DNA of 64,000 bases, from the NCBI GenBank assembly GCA_951406725.2, contig OX597831.1:68324001-68388000 (forward strand). The letters run 5' to 3'. The first letter of the stretch is position 1; each line of letters opens with the position of its first letter. Positions 61,909 through 64,000 of this stretch are shown piece after piece. Source of the stretch: Octopus vulgaris. Taxonomy: Eukaryota. The translations under genes were made by a program, and so were the position numbers. Below the pieces are notes generated by a model, which was not told where the DNA came from, ran no database searches, and worked only from the letters and a program-made list of their open reading frames with translations.

Positions 61909-63221
61909 AACACACAAGCATACATCTACACACACACACTAAATGTCTACTTTGTGTGTGTGTTTGTGTATGTATGAAAGTGAGGTTGATCTGTTTCTGT
62001 CTCTGTATCTCAACACCACAAAGCAGTCGTGAGTGTCACCATCATTCACACAGTATCCTTTATTTCTATGTAAACATATCTGGCCAAGGCAAAATATTAC
62101 TTTGCTTGGAAACGTGATGGTGGTTGGTAACAGGAAAGGTATCTGCCCATGGGAAATTTACCTCAACAAATTTTGTCACACTTATGCAAGCATGGAAAAT
62201 GGGTGTAAAAATAATGTTTATGATTACAATAAAGGATTCAAAGTTCTGAGAAATCTAAAAGAGTATAATATGTTCATTATGTAGTTATGTTTCACTTCGT
62301 TAATGGAAACTGTTGTGAACTTATGAATCAATTCCTCATTTCCCCCTGAATATAACATATAACGGTATATGCTGTTTCTGTTGATATACAATTAGGAAGA
62401 AATGCTGTCTCTCTGTGGATATTTATGGAGATATGTAAATATAAATATATTGAACTGTAATCAGGCTGTATGTCCTGCTTTGGCAAAATATAATTGTAAT
62501 GTGCATCCTTACAGATGGAGCTCTACTAACATGCATTACAAAAGAGAGGCATGGGAACTTCAGGGAAAAAAGAAAACAAACAAACTCACTCTCTAGAAAG
62601 AAAATATACCTTGGGACTTATGCTACAATGAACAAATGCCTTTAAAAAAGTAGATGAAATGGTATGCCTGTCGTTCTGGTTGGAGAAATAGCCGGATAGA
62701 GGAAAACTCAAATATCAGTAATAAATTCTTTGTGTCTACAATGAATGTGAACATGTTGCATACCCACTACATGAATATTTCAAAAATAAGCTACTTCAGA
62801 AGGTCAAAAATATAAAATTTAATAAGAGTAGGAGCACATTCTGAACTGTACATGAAAGCATCTGACATTAAGTACTCAAAGTGATGGATTTACATTTTTG
62901 GGACCTTGATGCTTGGAATTTTATTGGATCTCTTCACATCCAGCGCTGATAGGGCAACATCCAGCAAGGTATAAAAAGCCTTCCTATCTATGCAAGGACT
63001 TTGAAAATGAAGGCATGCAGCAATCTGCTTCCTATCAGCCACAGGCTCTGAATAACCAATGTTATCTTGTTCAATGTGTTTGTTGTATGACAGATCACAA
63101 AAAAATTTAAAAGTAAAATTTAGCCAGTACATTTAAAATTAAAATTTAAATTATTACACTAAACTATTTTCATGTAAAAGTCATTGGCATGAATTTTATT
63201 ATATATTTTATTATATTTAAA

Positions 63222-63451
63222 GGCGGGGAGCTGGCAGAATCGATAGCACGCCGGGCGAAATGCGTAGCCGTATTTTGTCTGCTGTTACGTTCTGAGTTCA
63301 AATTCCGCTGAGGTCGACTTTGCCTTTCATCCTTTCGGGGTCGATAAATTAAGTACCAGTTACGCACTGGGGTCGATGTAATCGACTTAATCCGTTTGTC
63401 TGTCCTTGTTTGTCCCCTCTGTATTTAGCCCCTTGTGGGTAGTAAAGAAAT
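63222..63451 (+). mobile_element. SINE family C, monomer
   Basis: TSD ATATATTTTATTATAT on both sides. Confidence 0.9.
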
Positions 63452-63803
63452 ATATATATTTTATTATATACTGTGTTGTTTTCGAGTTTGATGAGAATTT
63501 GGGGTTTTTTATAGACATGTTCATTGCATGAAAAACAGACGAAATAAAATACAGCAGAGACCAGAGTTAATATAATTTTTCATTTTAAATATTTGTGGAA
63601 ATACATACCACATGAATCACAATGCAAAATTTTGTTATATGAGAGGTATTTTTGCAACATAATTTTCTGGAGACAACATGGAAACAGAATACATTCTAAA
63701 GAGACTGGAAATTATTCTTTATAAAGAATTACTTTTACTTCTTTCCCTCTCCACCACTTACTTGTTTTCTTACTACTTCCTTCTCTAAATATTTATAAAT
63801 TAC

Positions 63804-63991
63804 CTTGCCATATGTTTGACTTTGGACATTTGGTCTCTGTAACAGAATGCAATGAAATGTTCCCCTGCTGATTCATTGCAGTTAGGCATCCAAATATTCT
63901 TGGAATATCTAATGCCAGGGTTCCAAATATCTGCGCTAGTGAAATGGATGAATGGATGCAGGAATGTAATATTTATACTCTGTGAATAAAA
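63804..63991 (-). CDS. candidate coding exon, product unknown
   Basis: tgtttcAG| open frame FYSQS...EHFIAFCYRDQMSKVKHMA |GTAATT; non-repetitive sequence; no family recognised. Confidence 0.3.
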
Positions 63992-64000
63992 CTGAAACAC

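Noticed and set aside
62890-63132. Next exon of the 63.8-kb candidate gene
   Set aside because: Available acceptors give phase 1 while the upstream candidate ends in phase 2; no recognisable domain

Overview
AT-rich eukaryotic, repeat-dominated DNA. The SINE, RTE and microsatellite content points to an octopod cephalopod (inference). It is most likely intronic or intergenic, and no intact host gene is recognisable; almost all ORFs in the supplied track are repeat or low-complexity artefacts. Mobile elements: at least four tRNA-derived SINE families, RTE LINEs with a PHD finger inside the RT region and an expandable hairpin array in the 3' UTR, an RT-deleted R4/Dong-like element in (TAA)n, Tx1/L1, CR1 and Gypsy remnants, a near-complete mariner nested in a DD37D (maT) element, and Helitron-type ends. 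Less ordinary signals: (1) several fold-back palindromes, some carrying Penelope-type minimal hammerhead ribozyme motifs; (2) a tRNA-headed SINE whose tail is a hammerhead motif; (3) a textbook AG|GTAAGT recursive-splice site and several microexon candidates on the + strand; (4) a heavily decayed, TE-riddled cadherin-repeat array over about 32.3-41.2 kb; (5) a CpG-rich island whose 105-codon frame is broken by one TAA; (6) a 110-bp fragment shared between 35.2 kb and a site between two RTE tails at 6.0 kb.
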